This document shows positions 18,327 to 29,000 of a stretch of DNA of 62,017 bases, in pieces. Location: the NCBI GenBank assembly GCA_043775985.1, contig JAYVRU010000320.1, positions 1-62,017 on the forward strand, given 5' to 3'. How positions within the stretch are numbered: position 1 is the first letter of the stretch; each line of letters begins with the position of its first letter. The notes below the pieces were generated by a model. That model did not search any database. It saw nothing but the letters and a program-made list of their open reading frames with translations, and was not told the DNA's origin. The stretch comes from Candidatus Kuenenia sp. Lineage in GTDB: Bacteria > Planctomycetota > Planctomycetia > Planctomycetales > Planctomycetaceae. The translations under genes were made by a program, and so were the position numbers.

Positions 18327-19313
18327 CTACCACTCTCCCACCACTTGCCCGTCATTTCTCGCACCCAGATTCCGCCAAACCTGCAAGTCAAGGTTTTCGC
18401 TCACGGTCCGCACGGAACCGTCCATCAACAGCGAATTGACAATGCCAGTATGGAAACTCCGGGAAGTAACCGCAGCGTAGGTGATTCCCGTGGCAGAATC
18501 TCCCTCCTCTTCCGACGTGTAGTCGATGCTGTAGGTCTTGCCCCCACTGATGTAAGGTATTTTCTGGTTTGGCGTGAATGTCGCCGTAAATCCGTCCTGA
18601 TGGACTCGACCTTCAACCCACTCCGTGTGTCCGTTGTCGACTTCGAAATTGCTTCCTCCAAATGCAGCGATCTGCGCGGGATTGCCTGGAATACTCGTCG
18701 GCGGGCTGCCACCTGTCTTTAAGATTGCCTGAAAGGATTTGATCTCGCTGAATGCCAGCGTGCTGCTTGTTCCGTCGGTGAAGTCACGAAACTTGAGATT
18801 GCTGTTTGGAAAAAATGCCCCGTCTCCTCCAACACCATTGGCAGGATTGTACACCATCCATGTACCAAGATTGGCACCATAATTCACAGGGTACTGCTGC
18901 AGATTGTCAGCCCCGCTGGCGCGATCATTGATTTCACTTGGACACATGTAGACCGGAATTCGCATTTTCACGACGGCAGGCTGCACCTTATACGTTCTGC
19001 TGAAATCAATCAGATTTTGCAGATTCGCCTGCTCAATGAAGGGAAGCAGTCTCGCCTGAGGCCCCCATTCTCCATATTCGCTGCCGTTGAGGGTCAAGCA
19101 CATTGACGGTGGCAGGGCGTTGTAAACGTCGTGGTAGTTGTGCAGCGCCAATCCAATTTGCTTGAGATTGTTCTTGCATTGGATGCGTCTCGCCGCCTCT
19201 CTCGCCTGTTGCACGGCAGGCAACAACAGCGCAATCAGGATCGCGATGATTGCGATCACAACCAGGAGTTCGATCAGAGTAAAACCAGAACGGAAATTGC
19301 GATGGATTTTCAT
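18327..19313 (-). CDS. DUF1559-type protein with N-terminal prepilin-type cleavage/methylation motif
   Basis: [62 protein letters not shown] is the hallmark planctomycete DUF1559 N-terminus. I prefer the internal ATG at 19313 (AAAGGG upstream) over the track start at 19367. Confidence 0.9.
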   Translation of the reverse strand: MKIHRNFRSGFTLIELLVVIAIIAILIALLLPAVQQAREAARRIQCKNNLKQIGLALHNYHDVYNALPPSMCLTLNGSEYGEWGPQARLLPFIEQANLQNLIDFSRTYKVQPAVVKMRIPVYMCPSEINDRASGADNLQQYPVNYGANLGTWMVYNPANGVGGDGAFFPNSNLKFRDFTDGTSSTLAFSEIKSFQAILKTGGSPPTSIPGNPAQIAAFGGSNFEVDNGHTEWVEGRVHQDGFTATFTPNQKIPYISGGKTYSIDYTSEEEGDSATGITYAAVTSRSFHTGIVNSLLMDGSVRTVSENLDLQVWRNLGARNDGQVVGEW

Positions 19314-19480
19314 GACCAACAACCCTTTCGATTGATCAGATTCGGATCGGTAAAGCTGCCGGTCCACTGGCTTACTTGCTTGGTGAAAGAACGCTGGCAG
19401 TTTAGGGATCTACGAAATTCTACGGCCATTTTGTTTGGATTGGCCACACAGTCGATACTGAGACTCAATCGCAGAACGTT

Positions 19481-19773
19481 ATGCGATCCATCGGCGATGT
19501 CAAATTTAAACTCTTCGGCATGTCGGAATTCCACGGGACAGGAAGGCCATTTCGGACTTCCTGTTGCACGTGGTCAGGCGCGACAAAGACTCGGGGTTCA
19601 CGACAGCGTTCGGTGAAGTGCAGCCGTACTCTCGGAGAGCGGATTTGTGTCAACATCAAGATGCGGGATTTAATGGCCACTTGGTCAAGCCAGTGGACTT
19701 CGCCGCGTTGGAAAAGTTACTGGCCGGGTTCGCTTTCGTGCCATGGACGGTTTCCCGAGCGTCGTTTGAGTAG
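19481..19773 (+). pseudogene. Frameshifted remnant of a response-regulator receiver domain
   Basis: Frame 1 reads DVKFKLFGMSEFHG (compare D-x-x-L-D-x-x-MP-x-MDG). Frame 2 reads ...TTAFGEV...RRADLCQHQDAGFNGHLVKPVDFAALEKLLA, the typical receiver C-terminal AGF..H..KP motif. There is no intact N-terminus or start codon. Confidence 0.5.
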
Positions 19774-19965
19774 GACGTGCCAGACCGGGCGGACGCCACC
19801 TCAACGTTAACGAGCCTGGATTTTCGTCCTCCATACGCCGTGGTAAGCCGGTGTCCCAGCCAGCAATGCCCCCGAAAAAAAGTTCGATAGCCGTCGTGTC
19901 GCCCGGACTTCTTTTGAGGTGCAAGCATTCTAATGAAACTGAAACACTTTACCCGCGGAACCGCG

Positions 19966-22401
19966 CTATCTTGCGCGCGTCGGTGGCGCACACGAATGAA
20001 TCATGTGCTTGCGGCCGCCGATGACTTCGTGAAGTGCCGGGCTCTGCAGTCGTGTCATCAGCCTTGCACCACCTCCCTCAGCGGCCCCCTGAAACGCGGT
20101 GTACCGTGCATAAATGTCGAAGTCGCCGCCGATTGTGTAGCCCAGCGAAACGCTGCTGACTCGTGTCGTGACCGCCTTCATCAGCAATCCGCTTTTGGTG
20201 AGCGACACGTCTTTCTCCCACTCGCCGCTTGCCAGTCGAAACAATTCCGGAGGCAATCCGTGCGTGGAAAAATTATGCTGAAACAGTGCATTCAGATGAT
20301 CGCGATCTTTGTCGAGAAAGTCAGACTGCGATCCGGCAAGTTCGTCTTCATCCGTGGTTGGCAGAGTTCGTCGCCAACTGCCTGTCCAGCGAATGTTGCG
20401 AACTCGCAGCCCCTCCTGATCGGCATAGTGAAAGAGTCCGAAGAATCGCTGGTTCGTTGCGGGAAGGGTTTGTTCGGCGATGCGTTCGCCATTGAGACTC
20501 AGTGTGATCACGTCACCACGGAGACTCACTTGCATGCGATTCCATCCGTCCTGCTTCAGCGGCAACGGGATTGAACGCGGCGACAGCGAAGTGAGGTTCG
20601 CCGGATCAGCGGAAGTTTGATCGTAAATTCCATCCGTAAGCTGATGCAGTCCCACAAAGTCATTGTTCAGGATGAAGCACATTCGGTCGATTGCCGGATG
20701 AGCACACTTCGCTCCTGCTTCGTAGTAGAACTCGTATTCGATCGTGCCGTCCTCCAGCATTGGTCGATGATAGTACAACGCTTTTTCGTTCATCGTGCCG
20801 TGGTCAGATGCTGGAAACCGTCGGCCGACGATTTCGTCATCATTCAGACTCCATGTCAGTTGCTCCCACGGATCTTCCACAGCGTAGTAGTCGAACCAGG
20901 AATCCAGCCCGGGGCCGATCAGGTCAATCGTTTCTGGAATCGTTGGTGATCCGGAGATCAGAACGTTTCTTGCACCACCTTCATTGAGGTGTCGGCTGCG
21001 AATCCCAATCCATGGATCTCGAATCTTTCCGAACGTGTCCTGCTGCACCTTGTTTCCGTCAAGCGAAACGTCAGCCGTTTGGCTCTTGATATTTGTTCGA
21101 TGACGATACCAGTGGTCCATGCGGGTCGTCGGTCGCTCAGACTTGAAATCGCCGATTTTGCGACGCACCGTTCCAACAGAATGAAGATCGGCCTGATGAG
21201 CAGTGCCAACCCAGCGTGCGCCGACGATCATCTCCGCTTCGCGCCAGTTTGAAACGGTTGCGTCCGCTTCGAGAGTCAGATCGCCCAGCAATGGCATGTT
21301 GAAGTAGACGGCATCGTCACCATGATTCGCAACATTGATGACCTGAGATCGAGTAAACAGCCATTGAGCAGGCGGCATTCCGACGCCTCGTCTGGCAGCC
21401 AACGGATAAGTGACTGGAGTCCAGAATTTTGGAGCATCGACGATCGACGGAATTTCCTCGAGTGTTTTCGAGGTCAGGTCTTCGATCATCGCGGGCGTCA
21501 TTCGAAACGCAAGCCGGGTGAATTGCCGAGACCAGACGTCCATGTACGTGGGCCATCGTTCCGGGACAAGGACTTGCCGGACGTAATCAGCTATCGCCTC
21601 TTTCAGTTCCGGCGTCGTCGAAGCTTTGAGCATCAACAGCATTTCATCAGCACGGTACTGGCTGTTATGCGGATCACTGGCATTCGTCAGTTTCAAGAAC
21701 GCATCACAGTCCGCCAAAGCATCATCCCTGTTGTTCGCTGCAAGCTCAAAGAGGCACCGAAATGCAGCCAGCTGTTTCTCTTCAAGGCGGTTGCGCGGCT
21801 TGATTTTTGCAACCGCAGTTCGAACCAAGGCCAGCTTGTTCAACTGTGTTGCAGTGTCCAGCAAATCCACGGCCGGACAGATAATCTCTCCACCAGTCGA
21901 AATACGCTGGTCGCCAGCCTCTATTGGTTCGCCTTCTGCCTGTGAGGGATAGGTCGGAGAAAAAGCGAGGTTCAACCGCAGAGAAGTATGAGCGTCGTTC
22001 GGCAGGACCCATTGAGTCAAAAATGTAAATCGATCCTGAGGAGACATCGCCATGGCTCGTTCATGAACCCCCAGCGCCGCGTCAACGACGTGATCCTCAG
22101 CAAAGATCTCGCCAAGAGCGCGAGATCCTGCTTCGGAAGTCTGATCCGCAAACGCTGGCTGTAAGTCGACTTTTGTTCGAGTCACAAGCGTGAGCCGCAA
22201 GCCGCTAGCCGCGTGTACCTGCCTTGTGTCTTCTAAACATTCACCCGCAGCCAGCGCTTTGCGGCTGACAAAAACAAAAGCCTGCGATCCGAAAAGTATG
22301 AGTACGACCACAACGCAGCACATCAAGTGACCACGGCATCTTTGGCACGGGTGATGTGCTTTAATTAACGAACGCAGCCGCAGGAAATTCATGGCGATCA
22401 T
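19966..22401 (-). CDS. Paralogue 1 of 7: secreted DUF1583-like family protein (C-terminally truncated architecture)
   Basis: Family motifs: DRFTFLTQWVLPNDAHTSLRL, GGEIICPAVDLLD, HGDDAVYFNMPLLGDLTLEA, DPWIGIRS, YYHRPMLEDGTIEYEFYYEAGAKCAHPAIDRM, FFGLFHYADQEGLRVRNIRWTGSWRRTLP. Only a partial C-terminal GDFD module follows. Confidence 0.85.
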   Translation of the reverse strand: MIAMNFLRLRSLIKAHHPCQRCRGHLMCCVVVVLILFGSQAFVFVSRKALAAGECLEDTRQVHAASGLRLTLVTRTKVDLQPAFADQTSEAGSRALGEIFAEDHVVDAALGVHERAMAMSPQDRFTFLTQWVLPNDAHTSLRLNLAFSPTYPSQAEGEPIEAGDQRISTGGEIICPAVDLLDTATQLNKLALVRTAVAKIKPRNRLEEKQLAAFRCLFELAANNRDDALADCDAFLKLTNASDPHNSQYRADEMLLMLKASTTPELKEAIADYVRQVLVPERWPTYMDVWSRQFTRLAFRMTPAMIEDLTSKTLEEIPSIVDAPKFWTPVTYPLAARRGVGMPPAQWLFTRSQVINVANHGDDAVYFNMPLLGDLTLEADATVSNWREAEMIVGARWVGTAHQADLHSVGTVRRKIGDFKSERPTTRMDHWYRHRTNIKSQTADVSLDGNKVQQDTFGKIRDPWIGIRSRHLNEGGARNVLISGSPTIPETIDLIGPGLDSWFDYYAVEDPWEQLTWSLNDDEIVGRRFPASDHGTMNEKALYYHRPMLEDGTIEYEFYYEAGAKCAHPAIDRMCFILNNDFVGLHQLTDGIYDQTSADPANLTSLSPRSIPLPLKQDGWNRMQVSLRGDVITLSLNGERIAEQTLPATNQRFFGLFHYADQEGLRVRNIRWTGSWRRTLPTTDEDELAGSQSDFLDKDRDHLNALFQHNFSTHGLPPELFRLASGEWEKDVSLTKSGLLMKAVTTRVSSVSLGYTIGGDFDIYARYTAFQGAAEGGGARLMTRLQSPALHEVIGGRKHMIHSCAPPTRAR

Positions 22402-22595
22402 CGTATACGTACTCCGGCAGGGCGATCGTAGACTTCAGCGTGCACATCGATCGACTTCACCAAGACGCGGGCTTTCTTCCCGACTGCACCGGTATGGAGC
22501 AGGCAATGCAAGACGATCGGGCCGTCGAAGTGCTCGGTCTGATGGATCATTTCATCGGGTTCCGCGTTCTCATCGCATCTCATTCCTGTGGCCAT
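22398..22595 (-). pseudogene. Orphan relic of the family's C-terminal module between paralogues 2 and 1
   Basis: The 65-aa ORF ends ...EMIHQTEHFDGPIVLHCLLHTGAVGKKARVLVKSIDVHAEVY. This is clearly homologous to the last residues of paralogue 3 (...KDHSAGPIVLHCLLHTGATKQHSSVLLKSIQIHADSY) and resembles the paralogue 7 tail (LLRALIHTGGDNRKTVIRFKSFRIQAE). Confidence 0.7.
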
Positions 22596-25500
22596 TCTGT
22601 TGTCGCCGGCGGAGTGGTTGCTGAGAATGCAATGGTTTTGCCATCTGGCGACCAGTCACCGCCGGGAACGTCCCAACTCTCGGGCTGGCCGGGCAGTAGT
22701 CTGAGATCTCCCGGAGCATCACGATTCACAAGGAACAGTTTCGCTGTCGTCACCGTCGGTCGCTTCAGGGAAATCAGAACCTGCCGTCCATCAGGACTCA
22801 TCGTGAACTCTTCATTAATATGATCCGGTCCATCGTAGACGACTCCGAATCCTGTCGCAGAATCCGCATCTGCAACGGCCACAACGAACCCGGTTGCATC
22901 TCGTTTGCGGGCTTTAAACGCGATCGCGTTTCCATTCTGTGACCAACCAATATTCCAATAGACGTAACTAAACTGAGCGGATTGTTCAGTAGTCAACAGC
23001 TGGCGGCGTTTGTTAGTCTTTGTGTCCAACAGAACAACATTGTTGCCGAGAGCAAATGCAATGCACAGACCATCAGGTGACCACTGTGCACCCCAGCCAT
23101 TAGCGTCAATCAGCTTTCTTTCAGAGCCATCAGCTTTCATTCTCATGATGCCGGTTGAAGGCTGACTGAAGACAATCTCTTTGTTGTCAGGCGAAAAACT
23201 TGGCATACAACCTGGGCCGAGATCTTTTATAGATCTGCCTTCACTGTTCATAACGACGATACGAGAAGTCTCAACGCCGCCTTTTGACATGTCGCCAATC
23301 AGTTTCCGTCCGTCCGCCGACCACTCGAACGATCCCAATTGAATGTATTCAGGGCGTGGTTCTGCCAGCAATCGGACATCGGTGCCGTCCACGTTCATGG
23401 CATAGAGGTTGGTCAGCGATTTCGCATTCGCGTCCGGCTTCAGGGTCAGTCGTTCAGCTCGAATGCTGATCGACTTCCACATGACGCTCGTTTCCCCCTC
23501 GCCACTGCACATGGTGTGGAAATGCAGACCATCAGCGACTGAGGCACTGTCAGAGATCTCCTCCGTTTCCAGCACTCGAAACACAGACGATTCATTCTCT
23601 GCAAACAAGTAATAGAGCGTCGTGCCGCGTCGCGCCATTCGCAGGCGACCAGTGGCGGCATCTGTCTTCCTGGGTGGACGAGCAGAAAACGAACGACCTC
23701 CGTCCTGATGAATTTGAGACAGCGACGAGTGCAGTTCCTGACGTTGCAACTCGTCTCGAATTCGCAGGATGCGGCACTGCCGTCGCTTTTCATCGCTCAG
23801 TTCGACCACAAGCATAATGCAGCCATATTCATCGCCGACGGCTTTGAAGTCTTCAAAGCCGATTTCCATGTCAAAGTCGCCGTGAACCATGAACGGCAGG
23901 TTTACAAAAGTATCAAACCACGGCCCGCCACCGGGACGATCGATTTTCCATCCGTCCTTTCCCGGGTTGAGGGTGTCGCCGGGCTGATTCCGTCCTGCCG
24001 GGAAAAACCGGGCTGGAACCCCAGCCTTTGCAAAATCGTGCGTAAAGACATCCGAAAGCTTTACAAGATCCGCGTCGAGTTGCTCGGGACGTTTGTCAGC
24101 GGCTTCCTGTTCTTTTGGGCCGGGAAGTGTTTTCGGCCAGCTGCCGCTCATCCTGACGTTGCGAACTTTGGCTTCAGTCTGATCAGCGAAATGAAACAGT
24201 CCGAAGACTCGATCATTGGACGCGTCGATCCTTGTTTCGCAGATCTGGTGTCCGTTCAGATGCACAGTCGCCCTGTCGCTGTTGACAGAAATCGTCAGTT
24301 GATTCCATTCGCGTGGTTTCAGCGGAAGACGCGACAACGTCGTTTCGACAGGCTGTAGCTCAGACAAATTCTCGGGGCCCAGTTCAGTGCGGTCCAGCGA
24401 GCCATCGGTCAACCAGTGAATGCGGGCACCGTCTGGCTGAAGACAGAGCACCATCCGATCGAGCGCCGGGTGGACCTCCGTTTTTCCAGGTTCGTAGAGG
24501 AACTCGTAAGACATGGAACCGACCGAATCCAAAGGCCGTTGATATGCCAACAGACTTTCGCAAAACGTTCCCGCCAGTGCGCCACCATGACCAAGAATCA
24601 CACCCGACGATTTTTCGTCCGGTAAGTGTTCCCAGACCGCGCCCGAAGTGCCGACTGACACTTCATAGTACGGATACCAGCCTCGAAGATCTTCTGTCGC
24701 CGAGAGATCGACCGTTTCAGGAATGACCGGATTGCCCGTGATTCTGATGTCCCGTGCGGCCGCATGCAGTCGCCACCAGTTTCGGACGGCAAACCACGGA
24801 TCAAGCGTTGTGGCCGCACGCTCAGTGTGTGCGACAAGTCCATTCAGACTGGTTGTACAAGTGCCGTCGTAGACGACGCTGCGATGGTGAATCCAATCAT
24901 CAAATCCGGAGAACTTCAGGTCGCTCGCGACTCGACGTGCGCTGTTTCGAAACGTTCCCATCCAAAGATGCGATCGGTCACCATCATTGCCAACAAACGT
25001 GCCGGCTGCCATGGTCTGCGTCGTAAACGCCGTGACATCGCATTGCACTTCATAGTCACCGGTGAGAGGACTTCGAAAGAACAAATAGTCATCATCGTGT
25101 CCGCTGATCTTGAAGACCTGGGAGCCTGCTCGCCCCCAGCGTGACGCGGCCAGACCGGGGCCGCGCGTGAGAGCTCTGCGACGGCTGATCGGAATCCATT
25201 GCGTCAATTCAGCTTCCTCAGGTGACGAAACCTTCGGAGCCTGAGATTCCCGGTGACCATGCTCACCGGCAAGCGACGCAATCTGTGTGTGCCAATTTAG
25301 CTCATTGGGAAGAAAATCGAGCTGCGTCCGTTGTGAAAACAGAAAGCCTAAGATCTCATCAATTCCCGGTGCGGTCTGCTTCCGAACAATGTGTCGATAA
25401 ACGACAAGAGTCTCCGGCCACATCTCCGACACGGCTTTCGGACGAGAATTCCGAACGAGCTGCAGGAGCTGATCCGTTGCCTTCGCGGCTTCGTCGTTCT

Positions 25501-25993
25501 TCTGCAGATCAAGATGGATCATCGTTAGCAGAGCGGTCTTTACTCGCAGTTGCTCGTCTGTTCCAGGTTCCGGAATTGCATCGACTTTCTGCAGCAGTTC
25601 GACAAGCCGATCTGACTTCTTCGCCAGATCCAGGAGATCGAAAACAGGGGAGACGATTCGTCCGCCACGTGCATGCTCTTCAGTCGCATCGAACTTGTTT
25701 CCAGGTGCGGGATTTGTCTGAGTGAAGTCGCCGGTCATGCGAATCGTAGCATGGTCCTCGCACGGAAGAACCCAGCTCACGAGCCGATCAAAACGTGCTT
25801 CATCCGACATTTTCGCCGCACGACCACATACGGCTGCAGCGTTGTCAGCGAGAATGACTTCTTCAAACAACGCCGCAACGGGTCGTGGCTTTGGTGCAGA
25901 CGGCGTTTGCTGCCGCTGTATGGCGATGACTCGATCGGCCAGGAGCAGGCAGGTGACGCACAGCAGTGTTCCAAGAGGCTTCATCGTTTTCAT
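22580..25993 (-). CDS. Paralogue 2 of 7: DUF1583-like core, one GDFD module and a TolB/PD40-like beta-propeller
   Basis: Family motifs: ARFDRLVSWVLPCEDHATIRM, GGRIVSPVFDLLDLA, GHDDDYLFFRSPLTGDYEVQC, AYQRPLDSVGSMSYEFLYEPGKTEVHPALDRM, VFGLFHFADQTEAKVRNVRMSGSWPKTLP. The C-terminal repeats are FEWSADGRKL, SFSPDNKEIVF, QWSPDGLCIAF, TMSPDGRQVL and DWSPDGKTIAF. I prefer the signal-like start MKTMKPLGTLLCVTCLLLA (25993 or 25984) over the track start at 26071. Confidence 0.85.
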   Translation of the reverse strand: MKTMKPLGTLLCVTCLLLADRVIAIQRQQTPSAPKPRPVAALFEEVILADNAAAVCGRAAKMSDEARFDRLVSWVLPCEDHATIRMTGDFTQTNPAPGNKFDATEEHARGGRIVSPVFDLLDLAKKSDRLVELLQKVDAIPEPGTDEQLRVKTALLTMIHLDLQKNDEAAKATDQLLQLVRNSRPKAVSEMWPETLVVYRHIVRKQTAPGIDEILGFLFSQRTQLDFLPNELNWHTQIASLAGEHGHRESQAPKVSSPEEAELTQWIPISRRRALTRGPGLAASRWGRAGSQVFKISGHDDDYLFFRSPLTGDYEVQCDVTAFTTQTMAAGTFVGNDGDRSHLWMGTFRNSARRVASDLKFSGFDDWIHHRSVVYDGTCTTSLNGLVAHTERAATTLDPWFAVRNWWRLHAAARDIRITGNPVIPETVDLSATEDLRGWYPYYEVSVGTSGAVWEHLPDEKSSGVILGHGGALAGTFCESLLAYQRPLDSVGSMSYEFLYEPGKTEVHPALDRMVLCLQPDGARIHWLTDGSLDRTELGPENLSELQPVETTLSRLPLKPREWNQLTISVNSDRATVHLNGHQICETRIDASNDRVFGLFHFADQTEAKVRNVRMSGSWPKTLPGPKEQEAADKRPEQLDADLVKLSDVFTHDFAKAGVPARFFPAGRNQPGDTLNPGKDGWKIDRPGGGPWFDTFVNLPFMVHGDFDMEIGFEDFKAVGDEYGCIMLVVELSDEKRRQCRILRIRDELQRQELHSSLSQIHQDGGRSFSARPPRKTDAATGRLRMARRGTTLYYLFAENESSVFRVLETEEISDSASVADGLHFHTMCSGEGETSVMWKSISIRAERLTLKPDANAKSLTNLYAMNVDGTDVRLLAEPRPEYIQLGSFEWSADGRKLIGDMSKGGVETSRIVVMNSEGRSIKDLGPGCMPSFSPDNKEIVFSQPSTGIMRMKADGSERKLIDANGWGAQWSPDGLCIAFALGNNVVLLDTKTNKRRQLLTTEQSAQFSYVYWNIGWSQNGNAIAFKARKRDATGFVVAVADADSATGFGVVYDGPDHINEEFTMSPDGRQVLISLKRPTVTTAKLFLVNRDAPGDLRLLPGQPESWDVPGGDWSPDGKTIAFSATTPPATTEWPQE

Positions 25994-26090
25994 GTCCCCA
26001 TTTGCCGCACGGCGGCAAGTGTCTGGTTCCCCGTTGATTTTACAACCGGACGTCAATTCTTCGCAGGCCATTCAACCGGTTGGGGTCATA

Positions 26091-29000
26091 CTACTTTTCC
26101 TCAACCGAATTTAAGTTGTTCTCGCGCACTGGCGTATATGAGTCAGCATGAATCTGAATTGACTTCAACAAAACGCTCGAATGTTGCTTTGTCGCACCAG
26201 TGTGCAACAGGCAGTGCAGCACGATGGGGCCAGCAGAATGGTCCTTCTGGTAGATCACGCGATCGCGTTCTGCGTTCTTCGGACGAGCGAGCATGGTGTA
26301 CGTTCCGCCGTGTCGCGCGATTCTCAGGGAAGAAACCTGGTCGATCTCAAAACCACCATTCCAGGAGTACTCATCTTTCCCGGTCGGCAGTGTTCTATGT
26401 TGCTGCGACGACACTTTGTATTCCGTCGGAGTCCGGACAAACATTGAGGCAAATCGAGTCCGGTCGCCATCGAGCAACTGCACCTGCCACATCAGGGTCG
26501 TAGTTCTTCCGGCGGACGGCAGTGCGAGGCTTGCTGCGTCGAACGTGAGTGTCACATCGAAATCGCCCTGAATGGGGTAACGTGAACCAAAGAAAGCGGC
26601 CACCCAGCCATCGACACCCTCGGACTCCATCGTCCAACCTTTGTCCGCAGCCTTCCATTCTCGTGCATTTCCAGGCAGGGAAAAATTCTGTGGGTCCGGA
26701 GCAATCTTCATAAAGTCATGAACGACGAACACGGGAAATTGTTCACGCTGTTCGTTCAGACGGTCAACCTCGGCTTGCTGATTCAGCATTGCCATGCCCG
26801 ACAGCCGTTCCGCTCTGACGGATAGAGTTGTCCAGACTGTGCGGCAATGTGCCCGATCCGCAGCAAAAGCGGAGAGACACAGATCGCCAACTCTCAGATC
26901 CTGATCTCCCACATCATCCGTGCCGAATAACCGAAACACGCTGGAATCGTTTTCCGCCACAAGATAGTGCAGTGTCGTCCCAAGTCGCACCAGCCGCAAC
27001 GTGCCCTCCGTTCCCTCCCAGGCTTTCCACTGAGCAGCCCCCTGCCGATTGCCCTCCGGGTCAAGGTGGACGACTTCATGTTTGATCTCCTGACGATTGT
27101 TCGGTTGCCTGGTTCGGGCAATCCGAATCTCCTGACGAGTGCCTTCAAGAGTCGCCATCAACTGAATCCCGGAAGCGCCAGACTCAGAAAGACTCAGATC
27201 TCGAAACGAGGCTCTCAGGTCGAAATCACCGCCAACCTGCAATTGAGTCTGCAGATCCGACTGCGTCCAGTTGACGTTGCTCTGGAGGTCGATCACCACT
27301 CCCTCTTTGCTGGCCATAATTGACGAATTGCTTTTCGAAAAAGCATGCCCCGGCAGTTCTGAGTTGCGGAAATCGTGAAGAAACGACTTTGGCAATTCGG
27401 CTGCGGACTTTTCGAGCTCGAATGTACTGTTCTGAACCAGAAGGGGTTGCATGACTTCGTCGAGCGTCTTCGGCCAGTCGCCAGTCCAGATCATGTTCCG
27501 CACACGCGCCCCCGTTTGATCGGCAAAGTGAAACAGTCCAAACTGTCGATGATTGGATTCATCGAGCTGGAACTGGAAAATTTCGGTCCCATTGACGCTC
27601 AGGGAAACGCCATCGTTTTGTATTGAAACCCGACATTGATTCCAGTCATTCGCCTTCAATCGGATCGGAGTTGAGCCACCGATCTCATTTCCTCTGATCA
27701 TGTTGACGGGAGATTCCGGCTCAAACTGGAAGGCACCGTCGGTCACAAAATATGTCTGGACACTTTCCGGAGTAAGCAGCATCACCATTCGATCCAGGGC
27801 CGGATGAACCATGAACTCGTTTGGCACATAATAGAATTCGTATTCAATGACACCGTTCTCAACCATTGGCCGATGATGTAAGAGAAGGTTTTCTGCCTGA
27901 GTCCCGGCAAGACCGGGCTTCTTTCTGGAGACAAGTTCAAGCTCATCAGCAGTCCCCGCCACGGTCATCCATGAATTGCGATCGAGAATCGCATTGTGAA
28001 CAGGCGCAGCCTCCGGAGAATCAAAGTAAGACCACCAACCCGTTAGCTCAGAGTCATTGATCATATTCACCGTTCGGGGAATCTGCGGATCGCCCGTCAC
28101 TGTCAGGTTGCGGAAAGAGCCATGTCGCTGGCGGCGAGATCGCAGGGCTACCCAGGGAAACGAATCACCGTGCAGCGTTCTTTGCAGATATTTTCTGCCA
28201 TTCACGTAATGTGTGCAGACGCCGTCACGAACAACAATGTGGGCACTCAGCCATTCATTCGGGTACGTCATGGGCGGATCCAGAGTCACCATCTCCTGAT
28301 TCAGCAAGCCACCAACTTCTGCTTTGCTGAGCAGCCAGTGGTGAGCCGCGTAGACTCCGGCATAGGCCAGCGCAATTTCTCGATAATTGAACGCTGTGAC
28401 TTCACATTCAACATCAAAGTTGCCGGTCAGCGGAATTGGCAAGTACAGAAAATCATTTGAGTGACCTCCGAGTCTCTGCGTGGTATTTCCCGATGCACGC
28501 CAGGCCGCCGATGGCCAGCCGCACCCGCGAGATTCAGCCGTCATGACTTCGGCAGGGATCCAGCCTTGAAACGTTCGTTGTTTGAGGTACTGCTCTTTCG
28601 CACCAATATCATCCCGCCGACTGACCCGCGCAAAGCACTGAAAAACGTAGTTATCCCAAGCGGTGCGGCCACTCCACCGAGCCTGATCGATTTGTCGGTC
28701 AAAAATGCACGCCGCGAAATCCTTCATCTCTAAAGCGTCGATAGAATGCTCCATCCCGTAAGCCATCGCCAGAGTTTCCGGCCACCAGCGAACGCCATGA
28801 TTCTCCCCGCGAACTCGAACCAGTTCTGTAAGCAGCCCCAGCAACTTCGCCGCCGATTCCGCATCCTTCTGGGCGACAGCGATCATATACAACAACGCCA
28901 GCCGCGCTCGTTCGCGATGCGGTTCGCCGGCATCGCCGACAGCTTCGACTCGCTGCCGAAGCTCGTCCAGCCGCCCGGTTTCTTCGGCGGCAGCAATCAA

